DNA of 64,000 nt, from the NCBI GenBank assembly GCA_963665115.1, contig OY762007.1, positions 4,448,001-4,512,000 on the forward strand, given 5' to 3'. The first letter of the stretch is position 1; the number at the start of each line of letters is the position of its first letter. A model generated the notes under the pieces. The model saw nothing but the letters and a program-made list of their open reading frames with translations. It searched no databases and was not told the origin of the DNA. Of this stretch, positions 10,684-21,552 are shown in pieces. This DNA comes from an uncultured Rivularia sp. GTDB lineage: Bacteria; Cyanobacteriota; Cyanobacteriia; Cyanobacteriales; Nostocaceae. The position numbers and the translations under genes are program-made.

Positions 10684-10741
10684 TGGGTAATGGGGATGGG
10701 GCATGGGGCATTGGGGAGATGGGGAGCTAGCTCCCACTACA

Positions 10742-10824
10742 AATTACCAATTACCAATTACCAATTACCAATTACCAATTACCAATCCCCAATCCCCAAT
10801 GCCCAATCCCCAATACCCAATTCC
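10742..10824. repeat. STRR heptamer repeats (AATTACC)n/(CCCCAAT)n between convergent genes
   Basis: Tandem heptamers; partly complementary G-rich run at 10682-10725. Confidence 0.85.
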
Positions 10825-12045
10825 CTAATTCAAAAACTTTTCGACGCAACGTACAAATATTTCGACACCCATTGCTAATGCTGTTTCGTCGAAGTTAAAG
10901 CGGGGATGGTGGTGGGGATAGGCTAAGTCTTTTTGGGGATTTGCGGAGCCTAAGAAGAAGTAACAACCGGGAACTTGTTGCAAAAAGTAGGACATATCTT
11001 CACCACCCATTGTCTGACATTCGGGTACTATTCCTAATGGCGTTTCTACAACTTCTTCTGCTATGCTTCGTACTAATTCTGCCATTTCGGCATTATTTAT
11101 TGTGGGTGGGTAAAGTCCCCAATATTCTAAGTCGTAATTCGCACCGTTAATTTCACAGATCCCGGCAATTACTTTTTTAATCCGTTCCTGAATAAACCCT
11201 TCAAATTCTGGATTAAAATATCTGACGGTACCGCTCATTCTGGCTGTATCGGCGATTATATTGCCCTTTGTGCCCGCGTGAAGTTCTCCTACAGTCACCA
11301 CGGCAGAATCAATTGGACTAACGTTACGAGAAACAATGGTTTGTAAAGCATTGACAACTTGAGCCGCAACTACCACCGAATCAACGGTTTGATGGGGCAT
11401 TGCACCATGTCCGCCTTTACCCAAAATTGTACAGCGAAACGATTCAACTGCCGCCATCAAGGCACCAGCACGAACTCCTACAGTTCCTAAAGGTAAATTG
11501 TTCCACAGGTGAAGACCAATAATTGCATTTACGTCAGGATTTTTTAATACACCTGCTTCAATCATTGGTTTAGCACCACCTGGCCCTTCTTCTGCGGGTT
11601 GAAAGATTATTTTAACAGTACCGCTGAAACTATCTCGATGCTGCTGTAAATAATAAGCCGTACCCAGCGCGATCGCAGTATGTCCATCATGTCCGCAAGC
11701 GTGCATTACTCCTTCATGTTGCGATTTATAAGACACTTCGTTCATTTCGTGAACTGGTAAAGCATCCATATCCGCACGAATTGCCAATACCCGATTATTT
11801 GATTCGCCTTTTTTACGACCTTTGATAGTTGCGGCAATACCCGTTTTAGCAATCCCAGTTTGATGTTCAATTCCCCATTCTGACAACTTCTGGGAAACAA
11901 GTTTACTGGTAATCTCTTCCTCAAAAGCTAACTCAGGCTTTTGATGAATTATTCTGCGCCATTCTATAATTTGCGGATGTAACGAACGAATATCAAGTCG
12001 AACCCGAGATAAATCGGCAGATGCATTTGGAAATGTGGAAACCAT
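10825..12045 (-). CDS. M20 family amidohydrolase
   Basis: RADMDALP, HACGHDGH, FQPAEE, GGHGAMP, GEDMS, HHP. Confidence 0.92.
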   Translation of the reverse strand: MVSTFPNASADLSRVRLDIRSLHPQIIEWRRIIHQKPELAFEEEITSKLVSQKLSEWGIEHQTGIAKTGIAATIKGRKKGESNNRVLAIRADMDALPVHEMNEVSYKSQHEGVMHACGHDGHTAIALGTAYYLQQHRDSFSGTVKIIFQPAEEGPGGAKPMIEAGVLKNPDVNAIIGLHLWNNLPLGTVGVRAGALMAAVESFRCTILGKGGHGAMPHQTVDSVVVAAQVVNALQTIVSRNVSPIDSAVVTVGELHAGTKGNIIADTARMSGTVRYFNPEFEGFIQERIKKVIAGICEINGANYDLEYWGLYPPTINNAEMAELVRSIAEEVVETPLGIVPECQTMGGEDMSYFLQQVPGCYFFLGSANPQKDLAYPHHHPRFNFDETALAMGVEIFVRCVEKFLN

Positions 12046-12167
12046 GACAAAAAAGGTTAAAGGTTAAAGGTCAAAGGTTAGAAGTCAGGAATTGGGAGTT
12101 AAGAATTTTCTCCTTATCTCCTCATCCTCCCATGCCCCATGCCCCATGCCCCATGCTCCATGCCCAC

Positions 12168-12848
12168 TCAATTAAACAGTTTCTCTAATTCTAAATCGGA
12201 TGCAATTTGGGCTAGTCGATCTAAATCTTCGGGGTTATCTAAATATGGTAAACAACCTAAGACGGGAATATTTGTAAAGGATTCGATTGTATCTACTGGT
12301 GCCCAATCGGCGATTTGTTCTGGTGTCATTTGCGAGCAGCAGTTTAAAATGATTCCTAAAAGCTGCACTTTGGCTTGTTTTGCTAAAGCCACATTTGCCA
12401 CCACTTGAGAAATTGCACCCAATCTTACGGGTACAACTAATACTGTAGGTAAACGCCATTCTCCGGCTAAATCTGCTACTGTAAATTCATCTGTTACCGG
12501 AGATCCCAATCCTCCCAAGGCTTCCACTAACAGAATATCGCGGCTTTGCTGTAACTGAGTAAAAGCTTGCCAAACGATACCTAAATCTATCTCTCGATTT
12601 TCTTTGGCTGCTGCTAAAGGAGGTGCTAAAGGTGCTTGAAAATATAAAGGCGTAATTTCTGTTTCAGATTGCGATAATGAAAATAACTTTTGGTAAAGTT
12701 GGCGATCGCCGACTCCCGACTGAATCGGTTTCATGATTCCCAAGCTCTGTTGGGGGCGATATTTTTGTAAATAAGCAGCTAGGGCTGTAGTGAAAACTGT
12801 CTTACCCGCGTCGGTATCGGTTCCAGTTATAAATAATGTTTTTAGCAA
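12168..12848 (-). CDS. bioD: Dethiobiotin synthase
   Basis: FITGTDTDAGKT P-loop, KPIQSG, VEALGG. Confidence 0.93.
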   Translation of the reverse strand: MLKTLFITGTDTDAGKTVFTTALAAYLQKYRPQQSLGIMKPIQSGVGDRQLYQKLFSLSQSETEITPLYFQAPLAPPLAAAKENREIDLGIVWQAFTQLQQSRDILLVEALGGLGSPVTDEFTVADLAGEWRLPTVLVVPVRLGAISQVVANVALAKQAKVQLLGIILNCCSQMTPEQIADWAPVDTIESFTNIPVLGCLPYLDNPEDLDRLAQIASDLELEKLFN

Positions 12849-12901
12849 TTTTAAATGTTAAATTTTGGATTTTAGATCATTTTTTAAGCTTAATTCAGAC
12901 C

Positions 12902-13312
12902 TCAATCTGCCCGAATCACCGCAATAGCATCAATCTCAAACAACATACCATCAAGAGCTAACCTTGGCACAGGAACGAGTGTTTGTGCTGGTGTTTGATT
13001 TCCCCACATTGCAAATACCTCAGTTGTTAGATGCTCTAATTTAGACTCCGAGTGATCGACGATAAAAGTACTAATTTTGACAACATCTTCTGGACGTGCA
13101 TCTGCTGCGGCTAAAGCAATCCGAAGATTTACAAAAGCTTGCTTTAACTGAGTAACGAAGTCCGAGGCAAGAAATCCATTCTTATCTTCACCACCTTGCC
13201 CCGCGATATAAACAGTAGTTGCTTGAGTGGGAGCAATAACAACATGGGTATAGCCATTAGGGGTTGGATCGTACAAACCAACTGGATTAATAAACCTAGA
13301 TTCTTGCAACAT
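12902..13312 (-). CDS. RidA/YjgF family protein
   Basis: VYIAGQ, DVVK, PAQTLVPVPRLA, LFEIDAIA. Confidence 0.85.
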   Translation of the reverse strand: MLQESRFINPVGLYDPTPNGYTHVVIAPTQATTVYIAGQGGEDKNGFLASDFVTQLKQAFVNLRIALAAADARPEDVVKISTFIVDHSESKLEHLTTEVFAMWGNQTPAQTLVPVPRLALDGMLFEIDAIAVIRAD

Positions 13313-13490
13313 GGCTATCTTTCCTAAGAGACTCTAAACTTTACGCCGGTTACGAACAAAATGTTCTATAACAATCATGTTCAAATCATACTCGTTATGA
13401 GTATAATCATTCAACCATAATTGAAAAAACTTTTTTGCCGTAAAATAACGTTGAACCCATGCCCTATCCCCCATGCCCAATTCCCTCTTC

Positions 13491-15236
13491 CTAATTAGAT
13501 TCAGCTTCTGGCACTGGTTCCACTTCCGGTTTTCTTTCCTCTGGAGATGGGGTTGGTTTTTTTATGGGAGGAAACTTGACTGATGGTAGTTTCACGTCGG
13601 GAATTCTAGTTGGAATGCTGGTTGGAAAGTTAGTTGGAAGGCTTGTTGGAATAGTTAGATTAGGTCGCTTGCGTTTCTCTCTTTGTGGTTTTGGTGTCTC
13701 TTCTACAGATGGTTCTGTAGGTTCAATATCCGGTGCAGTTGTCGGCTCAATGTCTGGTGTAGTGACTGGATCTTTCAAAGAGACTTTTAAGGTATATTCG
13801 GCTTGCTTAATTTCTGGAAGATTATTTAATTCAATAATGTATCTACCAGTAAAGGGCAAATTACCTTGATAAGAGCTTACCTGCCGCGCTACGTTATCAA
13901 TAATTTCTTTGTTAGGGCCTAATACGGTTAGCGAAACACCATTTTCTTCAACCAAAACTGCTGTAAGTACCTGCCCTTCATCGGCTCTAAAGGTATACTG
14001 CACCGTTTGATTTTCTTTTAAATTTCCTCTGATGGTAGCTGTGTCGGAAAGTACAAAGTTGAGCCGCTTGCTAAAAACATCTGGTTCGCCTGGATTGGGT
14101 GTTGGTGTTGGCGTAAGAAATGGTGTTGCAAATGTTTGTGGTGGAGGTGACTCCGGTGGCGATTTGGATGCATTTTGAATAGTTGTAACTAAAGCCCAGG
14201 AACCCAATCCCGCTAATAATACTACACCCGCACCTATTATTATTACTGATATCGGACTATCTATAAGTGGATCTTTTGGTGGTGGAATTACTGGCTCAAC
14301 TCGGCGACGAGGTGCTGATTGTGGCGGCTGTACTGGGTCGGGTTTGCGACCGACAGCTACTGTTTGCATTCTTGATACGTCGGGTTTTGCTACGGTAGGC
14401 TGATTCAAACTGTCTAATACTTCTAAAACTTCGTTGGCACTTTGATAGCGCCCTCCGGGTTTGTGACTCAACATTCGATTCAATATTTGAGCAAATCGTG
14501 AATTTACCGTTACCCAGCGCTGCCAATTCCAACTCAATAAGTTGTCATCAAATAATTCTGCGGGTTCTTTGGCGGTAAGTAATACAATTCCACTCACCGC
14601 TAAAGCATATAAATCGCTACTAGGATAGGCTTGCGCCGTTTGAATTTGTTCGCTGGGGGAATAACCCGGTTTACCCACAAAAGTTGGAGGCGTTTGTGAA
14701 GGCGAACGCAACTTAGTAGCCAATTCTTTGACCACGCCAAAATCAATTAATACCGGCAATTTATCGCTTCCACGCATCATAATATTGTCCGGTGAAATAT
14801 CGCGGTGGATGATTCCTTTACCGTGAATGTAGTCCAGTACCGGCAACAAAGAACGCATCAAGCGCAATACTTCACCTTCGGTAAAAGCACCACCCATTTC
14901 TTTACGCTCTTGAAGTAAATCGTAGTAAGTTTTACCTTCTACATAATCTTGTACTAGAAATAACCGTTGGTCTTGTTCAAATCTTTCCCGAAATTGAGGT
15001 ACCTGGGTATGCTTAATTTGATACAAAATAGCCGCTTCTCGTCCGAAAAGCTCCCGTGCTTTTTCCCAAGCAGAAGTTCCAGTCGTATTCGGAATTAATT
15101 CTTTAATAGCGCAAAGCTCGTTAAAACGCCTCTGGTCTTCCGCTAAGTAAGTTCTACCGAATCCCCCTTGACCTAAAGTTTTAATGATGTTGTAACGGTT
15201 TTGTAATATATTACCAGCAGTAATTGGTGGTTGCAT
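13491..15236 (-). CDS. Hanks-type Ser/Thr kinase with TM helix and Pro-rich C-terminal region
   Basis: GQGGFG, AIKE, HRDISPDN, DFG, SDLYAL; one TM helix after the kinase domain. Confidence 0.93.
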   Translation of the reverse strand: MQPPITAGNILQNRYNIIKTLGQGGFGRTYLAEDQRRFNELCAIKELIPNTTGTSAWEKARELFGREAAILYQIKHTQVPQFRERFEQDQRLFLVQDYVEGKTYYDLLQERKEMGGAFTEGEVLRLMRSLLPVLDYIHGKGIIHRDISPDNIMMRGSDKLPVLIDFGVVKELATKLRSPSQTPPTFVGKPGYSPSEQIQTAQAYPSSDLYALAVSGIVLLTAKEPAELFDDNLLSWNWQRWVTVNSRFAQILNRMLSHKPGGRYQSANEVLEVLDSLNQPTVAKPDVSRMQTVAVGRKPDPVQPPQSAPRRRVEPVIPPPKDPLIDSPISVIIIGAGVVLLAGLGSWALVTTIQNASKSPPESPPPQTFATPFLTPTPTPNPGEPDVFSKRLNFVLSDTATIRGNLKENQTVQYTFRADEGQVLTAVLVEENGVSLTVLGPNKEIIDNVARQVSSYQGNLPFTGRYIIELNNLPEIKQAEYTLKVSLKDPVTTPDIEPTTAPDIEPTEPSVEETPKPQREKRKRPNLTIPTSLPTNFPTSIPTRIPDVKLPSVKFPPIKKPTPSPEERKPEVEPVPEAESN

Positions 15237-16174
15237 AATTAATCGAGTTTGTGTAACAGATCAAATAGAGGATTTTACTTAGAACAGATCGGTCAAACTG
15301 ATAATAACGAGTCAGTTGAAATAGTAGTGTATCGCAAACAATGAAACAGCTTGCTTATTTATTTTTACATTTTGTTTAATTTATGAATGGGTCAAAAGGT
15401 AGACAAGTTACTTTTAAAAAAAAATTAATGTTACTGCTGTTGAAAGGTAAAAACATTTACCTACTGAGTCATATCTAGCACTTTTATTAATCTTTTTTTG
15501 TCTCAGTATATTTTGCTGAGAAATTTGCTTAAATCGAGTAGGACAGTATTTATGTATTATTAGACGGAAAAATTTGCTACAGGATTCATGAAGCGACAAA
15601 AGCAATCACAACAATCAAGCCAGACTTCTCTTAAACAAAGCATAATAAATTATTAATTAGAGCATTAATATTATAAAATATTTAATTATTATAAAATTTT
15701 TAGAATACAAGTACTTATACTTACCAATATAAATAAATCAATATACTGCTTACTAATCGGTGATTACGCGTGCAAGTATCAAAAATATTGTTGTGCAATT
15801 TTCAGCGATAATGCCTTGCAAATTGGATGAAGTTGAACCCTATAAGAAAATAGTATTGCGCTTAAATTAACTAAAAGCGTGATTCTAAAACTGGTATAAA
15901 ACCCTTGAAATTAGGAGGTTAAAGCTTAATTAATATTGATATATGATTTTTCTCTGTGGAACAAAAAAATAAATAATAGGTCTGGTCAGCAAAGTTAATA
16001 TCAGTTAAGCTGACAGTGGTTTGTTGGTGTTTGGGGTGATAAAAATTTAGATAAATGCATAGTTCTATGGAGGAATGTTTCAGCAAATAAGTCAAAGCCT
16101 TGGAACAAACGACATTTAATTATGCACAAGTATTTAAGTCGAATAAATCAAATTAATCGCATGATAATATTGCA

Positions 16175-17191
16175 ATGAATGCACAACGAGGGTCTGCTGT
16201 GCTAGGTACTGCCACTTTAAAAGTGAAACCAGCTATAACGGGGCTGACAGAAAATCATCGTCTGCGATTGTTCTCTGGCTCTGCGAATTTGGAATTATCC
16301 CAAGAAGTAGCCCGTTATCTGGGCATGGATTTGGGGCCAATGATTCGTAAAAGATTTGCAGATGGGGAGCTTTACGTTCAAATACAGGAATCAATTCGGG
16401 GCTGTGATGTTTATTTAATCCAGCCCTCTTGCAATCCTGTAAATGATAATCTAATGGAATTGCTAGTCATGATTGACGCTTGTCGTCGAGCATCTGCACG
16501 ACAGGTAACAGCAGTAATTCCTTATTATGGTTACGCTCGTGCCGATAGAAAAACGGCGGGAAGAGAGTCAATTACGGCCAAGCTGGTTGCAAACCTGATT
16601 ACTCAAGCAGGTGCAAACCGGATTTTGGCAATGGATTTACACTCTGCACAAATACAGGGTTATTTCGATATTCCCTTAGACCATGTTTACAGCACCCCAG
16701 TAATTCTGGAATATTTGGCGAGTAAGGAGTTGTCAGATATTGTGGTTGTTTCCCCCGACGTGGGTGGTGTAGCAAGGGCTAGGTCATTTGCGAAAAAACT
16801 CAATGATGCACCTTTGGCAATTATCGACAAACGCCGTCAAGCACACAATGTAGCTGAAGTCTTAAACGTCATCGGTGACGTTAAGGGTAAAACAGCCGTA
16901 TTGGTTGACGACATGATTGATACTGCCGGAACCATTTGTGAGGGAGCGCGTTTACTGCGTAAAGAAGGGGCGCGTCAGGTATATGCCTGTGCGACTCATG
17001 CTGTGTTTTCTCCACCTGCCATAGAAAGACTTTCTAAAGGTTTGTTTGAAGAGGTAATTGTCACCAATACAATTCCTTTAGATAACACTCAATGTTTTCC
17101 TCAATTAAAGAGGCTTTCAGTTGCCAACCTTTTAGGAGAAACTATTTGGCGGATTCACGAAGATAATTCTGTAAGCAGTATGTTCCGTTAA
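16175..17191 (+). CDS. prs: Ribose-phosphate pyrophosphokinase
   Basis: FADGE, PYYGYARADRK, DLHSAQIQGYF, VDDMIDTAGT. Confidence 0.97.
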   Translation: MNAQRGSAVLGTATLKVKPAITGLTENHRLRLFSGSANLELSQEVARYLGMDLGPMIRKRFADGELYVQIQESIRGCDVYLIQPSCNPVNDNLMELLVMIDACRRASARQVTAVIPYYGYARADRKTAGRESITAKLVANLITQAGANRILAMDLHSAQIQGYFDIPLDHVYSTPVILEYLASKELSDIVVVSPDVGGVARARSFAKKLNDAPLAIIDKRRQAHNVAEVLNVIGDVKGKTAVLVDDMIDTAGTICEGARLLRKEGARQVYACATHAVFSPPAIERLSKGLFEEVIVTNTIPLDNTQCFPQLKRLSVANLLGETIWRIHEDNSVSSMFR

Positions 17192-17217
17192 GCAATCTAT
17201 CTTAAGCATTGAATATC

Positions 17218-17259
17218 AAGGATGAAGTTAAACGTTTTTTATCTTCATCCTTTATTTTT
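17218..17259 (+). terminator. Intrinsic terminator after prs
   Basis: AAGGATGAAG...CTTCATCCTT stem followed by T-rich run. Confidence 0.55.
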
Positions 17260-17486
17260 GATTGATTATTGTCAAATTTATCTGTATTCATCAATTTTAT
17301 AATAACTTATCCACTAAATTTACCATTTGTAATAAATTTTGAATTAAATCAACGAAAATTTATTTTGTGTAAATTAGCAGCATATACGAAAATACACAAA
17401 CCCAGTTTCTTACATTCAAAAAACCGGGTGTCTCAATAGTTCAATTATTTCAATATAATATTTAGATAATATTTATATAATATCTA

Positions 17487-18014
17487 CTAATTTGCTGAAG
17501 CTTGTTTCTGGATTTTTACATTTCTTTTTCCCCAAGGCTTTACAAACGAGATAGCAATAATAAATAAAAGGCAAAGAGTTTGAATAATCGCACCAATCAA
17601 AACGCCTTTCTGATCGAATACGTAGAGCGGATTTTGCAACGCTTGCAACCTATCCTCTGCGGAAATTGCTGTCATCGCATTCGTCCAAGGCCCCAACCAT
17701 ATGCTACCAGTCACAATCAGCGTTACGGTACCAATCCACTTTGCAATAACCCAGTAATGTTTAAAAAATCCCCAAATCGTCAGCCAGCAAATTAAACCAC
17801 CGCTGAGTAAAGAGAAAAAGGCACTCGGAATAATTACAACGTCATCTAATAGCTTCATCACCGAGTTAATAGCGTAAAGTTCGTCGCCGTTAGGAGTATT
17901 GCGGTTCATCAGCGCGATCGCAATCATTGACAAAGCGGTACCAAACCACATTGCCGCAAATGCTACGTGAAGGCTTATTAACCATTGTTTCTGTTTGGCA
18001 TTTAGGTTTTTCAT
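17487..18014 (-). CDS. Four-TM membrane protein (DUF2269-like)
   Basis: LH...[16 protein letters not shown]-terminal KPW. Confidence 0.65.
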   Translation of the reverse strand: MKNLNAKQKQWLISLHVAFAAMWFGTALSMIAIALMNRNTPNGDELYAINSVMKLLDDVVIIPSAFFSLLSGGLICWLTIWGFFKHYWVIAKWIGTVTLIVTGSIWLGPWTNAMTAISAEDRLQALQNPLYVFDQKGVLIGAIIQTLCLLFIIAISFVKPWGKRNVKIQKQASAN

Positions 18015-18031
18015 ATTTTGATCGGGGAGTT

Positions 18032-18158
18032 GGGAGTAGGGAGTAGAAAGTAGAAAGTAGGGAGTAGGGAGTAGAAAGTAAGGAGTAGGGAGTAGAAAGT
18101 AGGGAGTAGAAAGTAGGGAGTAGGGAGTAGAAAGTAGGGAGTAGAAAGTAGGGAGTAG
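18032..18158. repeat. STRR heptamer tandem repeat (AGTAGGG/AGTAGAA)n
   Basis: Direct tandem heptamers. Confidence 0.9.
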
Positions 18159-18274
18159 GTGAAAACCCGGTGCAAGTATAGTCCCTGTTAAAAAAAATGG
18201 TTGTTAGTGGGAGCATCTTGCTCCCTAACCTGTAGGGAGGTTAATTGAAATAACTATGAATGAGAATCAACTAA

Positions 18275-18292
18275 TAGTTAGGCACCTAACTA
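18275..18292. promoter_or_regulatory. Palindromic operator candidate for the adjacent MarR regulator
   Basis: TAGTTAGG-CA-CCTAACTA perfect 8-bp arms, just downstream of a minus-strand TATATT -10-like hexamer. Confidence 0.6.
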
Positions 18293-18332
18293 AAATATAA
18301 AGCCATGTTGGTGAAAATACAAGTTCTTATCT

Positions 18333-18842
18333 TTAAAAATCTCGCATCGCAGAAGTTCCAGCGCTCAATTTACCAAGTAATTTAATAAACGTCTTCTTCT
18401 CCGTAGCGGTGAGATTGGACATCATATTAGTAGTGCGACAAAAATGGTCTGGAAGCATTTTCGAGATTAACTCGCGCCCTTTATCAGTTAAAACAATAGT
18501 TAGCTTCCGCCTATCTTCGGGGTAGGGTTGGCGTTTAACTAAATCTTCTCGTTCCAATCCATCAAGTAAACCCGTAATTGTAGCACGAGTAACACTAGAA
18601 CGTTCGGCAAATTCGGATGGTGTTAATCCCTTCTCTGAAGCTACAAACAACTGTATTAACAGCGTGAATTTACCCATCGATAGATTATAGCGGGCAAAAT
18701 GAGCGTCGAAGGCTTGCTGAACCTCAGTTGTTGTGTCGAGAAAAGTTAGACAAGCTTCTACCGAAGATATATCTAATTCAGGATATTGTTGCGCTAATTG
18801 AGCTATTGCTTGATGATTGGGTAAACCACGGGATGTAACCAT
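18333..18842 (-). CDS. MarR family transcriptional regulator
   Basis: TPSEFAE..VTRATITGLLDGLE...LVKR...DRR...LTDKG. Confidence 0.92.
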   Translation of the reverse strand: MVTSRGLPNHQAIAQLAQQYPELDISSVEACLTFLDTTTEVQQAFDAHFARYNLSMGKFTLLIQLFVASEKGLTPSEFAERSSVTRATITGLLDGLEREDLVKRQPYPEDRRKLTIVLTDKGRELISKMLPDHFCRTTNMMSNLTATEKKTFIKLLGKLSAGTSAMRDF

Positions 18843-19222
18843 GAATAAGAATTAAAAAATGTTTGGGCATGGGTTGAGAAAAATTACCAGATCGATATTC
18901 AATAGAATAATTAAGGTTCTTCACTACCTAATATGCTAAAACCTTGGCGCAAAAGGCTGTAATTTTTACTATACAAAGATTATCCGTTTAAAAAAAACTC
19001 ATATTATTTGGACTTACGCACTTAGATATTTAAAATCTCTGTAATTCCCTGTTCTCCGTTCCCTTTTTCCTCTTCAACGACTATAGCCATAATTCATTGG
19101 AGCGTATTTTTATAGTACTTTATTACTATAATATAATGTATCTATCAATTATCTTGGCTTTATTTAGGGAAGAATGAGTTAAAGGTAAAAAAATTTGATA
19201 ATGTAATAAGTTTAGGAGTTTG

Positions 19223-19988
19223 ATGATTTCTGGAGTGCATGTGAACGCAAATACTTCTAAGGTACAAACATTAACGCTTGACGAAACTGGTGATTTAGCA
19301 GCGCCTCCAGGTTTCTCAGCCCTGGGCGATCGCCGTGCGATTGCAAATACAGTCTTTTTTAAATGACAATGCTGGTGGTGTTAAGCAGTTACGAAGTTGG
19401 CTTGAAGGAATAGAAGAACATTCGGGATATAGTCAGCTAACAAATGAAGATGGCGAAACTTTTTCCTCATATGCAGAATTTTGTAATGCGAAACAACCTT
19501 GGGGACTCGGTTATGCTCCAGAAATCATCGAGCAAAAGTTAAAGGATTTAGAATTGCAAAACGAAAATATTGTTGAAGTTGAAGAAGAAAAAAGTAGAAC
19601 TTGGGGAGATATAGAGCAGTATTTGCAAAGATTCTCCAAAGTTATTCAAGATTGTGAAGATAGTAATTCGATTAGCGTGCATCAAATTGCAAAAATATTA
19701 AACATTCATATAAAAAATGCATACAAATGGAAAAAGCGCTGGTTAGATTTGGGTTGGATTGAACCTGCTGCCGAAGAAAAAAGAGGTATTTACACTGTTA
19801 CAGATGAAGGAAGAAAACAAGCACAACAATGGACGGAAAATATGCCGTCTGGTAGTGTTAATGAACCTTTATGGTTAACTATTCCTCGTAGTAATCCGAA
19901 GAAAGCAGCGGAAGAGTTAATCGCTTCTTTGGAAGTAGAGCAACTTAAAGAAATCTATGAATTGATTGGTAAAACTTTTGAGAAGTAA
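19223..19988 (+). CDS. Hypothetical protein with winged-helix-like region; apparent +1 frameshift at 19312-19314
   Basis: AGGAG then ATG at 19223; removing one T joins ...GDLAAPPGSQPWAIA to the 19335 ORF; GWIE...GIYTVTDEG wing motif. Confidence 0.55.
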
Positions 19989-19991
19989 GAA

Positions 19992-20094
19992 TAAGCTGTT
20001 GTGCATTTAATTTGTATATTGCAAGCGGGCAGGATGCCCGCACTACAATAACTCTAACTGTGCCCCTTATTCAATCTAGCTACACATCAGCTTA
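19992..20094. mobile_element. MITE-like element enclosing a REP-like hairpin
   Basis: TAAGCTGTTGTG...CACATCAGCTTA imperfect terminal inverted repeats; internal GCGGGCAGGATGCCCGC palindrome. Confidence 0.55.
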
Positions 20095-20232
20095 GTAGCG
20101 ATAAGGTTAGTGTTTCTCCCTTCGGGTATGTCTCGGAGGGAGATTTTATCTTTAGTAGCAAAATAATAAATTCTGAAGTGGGAATAATAAAGCTATACCT
20201 TTCATATAAAAATTGGGGATAGCTAGAATCGT

Positions 20233-20862
20233 ATGCCGCAGATAAAAATTATTAGAGCAGCCTTACGGGAAATACAGAGACTTCCCTATTCTGCTTGCGA
20301 GAAAGTCTATGAAATTTTACGCAGTTTGAGTCAAGGAATTGTTAGTCAAATTTTTGATGTCAAGCAGCGCTTGCTTAAACGATGTGAAACCGGATATTTG
20401 TACTGGGATACTTATTTAGCCTTGCAGTTGGCAGGAATAGAGGGTTCGGAGTTATACCAGTGGGAGAAAGATGCAATATCTCGTTTAAATAAACACTCCA
20501 ATGAATATTTAAAATCAGAATTAAATCATATTCAAAACGTTTCTTTTAGGTGTTTGTTATGGAGAGCAATGGATTTTTCCTGGCAGGCAGTTATAGAAGC
20601 TACCAATTTACAAGAGATTGATTTTAACGAGTACGAGCGTTTGCTTAAGAGTATTGCAGAGGATTTAACAGAAAAAGGATTGACTTATGAGGCTGCACGG
20701 GTAAAAGCGCGTCTTGGTGAAGATAATTTCCAACGTAATTTTCCTTTTTGGCAAGAAGTAAGTCAAAACTCAGATAATTCTCAATCTTTGGTAACACTAT
20801 TATGCGAAGCGTTTGCATCCCAAATTGAAAACATTTTTGAAAAACAAGAGATAAATCAATGA
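20233..20862 (+). CDS. Hypothetical protein, possibly an internally deleted remnant
   Basis: ORF track; first ~35 aa resemble a RelE/ParE-type start, remainder helical. Confidence 0.45.
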   Translation: MPQIKIIRAALREIQRLPYSACEKVYEILRSLSQGIVSQIFDVKQRLLKRCETGYLYWDTYLALQLAGIEGSELYQWEKDAISRLNKHSNEYLKSELNHIQNVSFRCLLWRAMDFSWQAVIEATNLQEIDFNEYERLLKSIAEDLTEKGLTYEAARVKARLGEDNFQRNFPFWQEVSQNSDNSQSLVTLLCEAFASQIENIFEKQEINQ

Positions 20863-21494
20863 CACATTCAATATATTCGGAAACTATAAATTCGGATCGA
20901 GAAGTTGCCGAGCAACTTGAAAAACTATCAGAAAAAATACAGGAAGGAATAGATAAAGCTTATCAAGTTGTCAGACAAGCCGAACAAATAAAACAATAAA
21001 TTGAGTTACAAAAATCCGAACTTAATCCTACTGTGGAAAAAGTAATGTATGTAAGCGAACAAATACAGCATTGGGAAGAAGTATTAAATAAGATAGCTGA
21101 AATAGGAGATAAAGAAACTGTTCAAAGATTGGAACAGCAAATAGAATCAGCTAGCAATCAAATTAATCAAGTTCAAGCACAGGTTAAACATACAGATAGA
21201 ATTTTCGATGGATTCATGAGTGAATTGCAAATGCGTTTGGTAGAAGTTAGTAAATTAAAAGTTCAAGTTTAAGCAGATAAAATTATTGTTGAGAACTTGG
21301 CTATGCAGACAGATAATAAGTATCAGCAAGTTTTAGAAATGTTTTCTCAAATATCTAATAAACAAAAATATTCAGAAGGTATTAATGATTTAACTGGAAG
21401 CTTGCCACAAACTGATGACACAGATGAAATTATCAAAGATTTATATTCGGAATTAGATTTTCATGTTGATTTAGATAGAAAGCACATTGGCTGA
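20859..21494 (+). pseudogene. Coiled-coil protein gene broken by two in-frame TAA stops
   Basis: ATG 20859 (ATGA overlap with upstream stop), TAA 20997-20999 and 21270-21272; ORFs 21033 and 21297 are in the same frame. Confidence 0.7.
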
Positions 21495-21520
21495 AAAAGA
21501 TTCGTTTTTTAGATAAATAT

Positions 21521-21545
21521 GAGGGAGTAAGATACTCCCTTTTTT
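21521..21545 (+). terminator. Intrinsic terminator
   Basis: AGGGAGTA-AGA-TACTCCCT then T run. Confidence 0.65.
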
Positions 21546-21552
21546 ATGTGTT

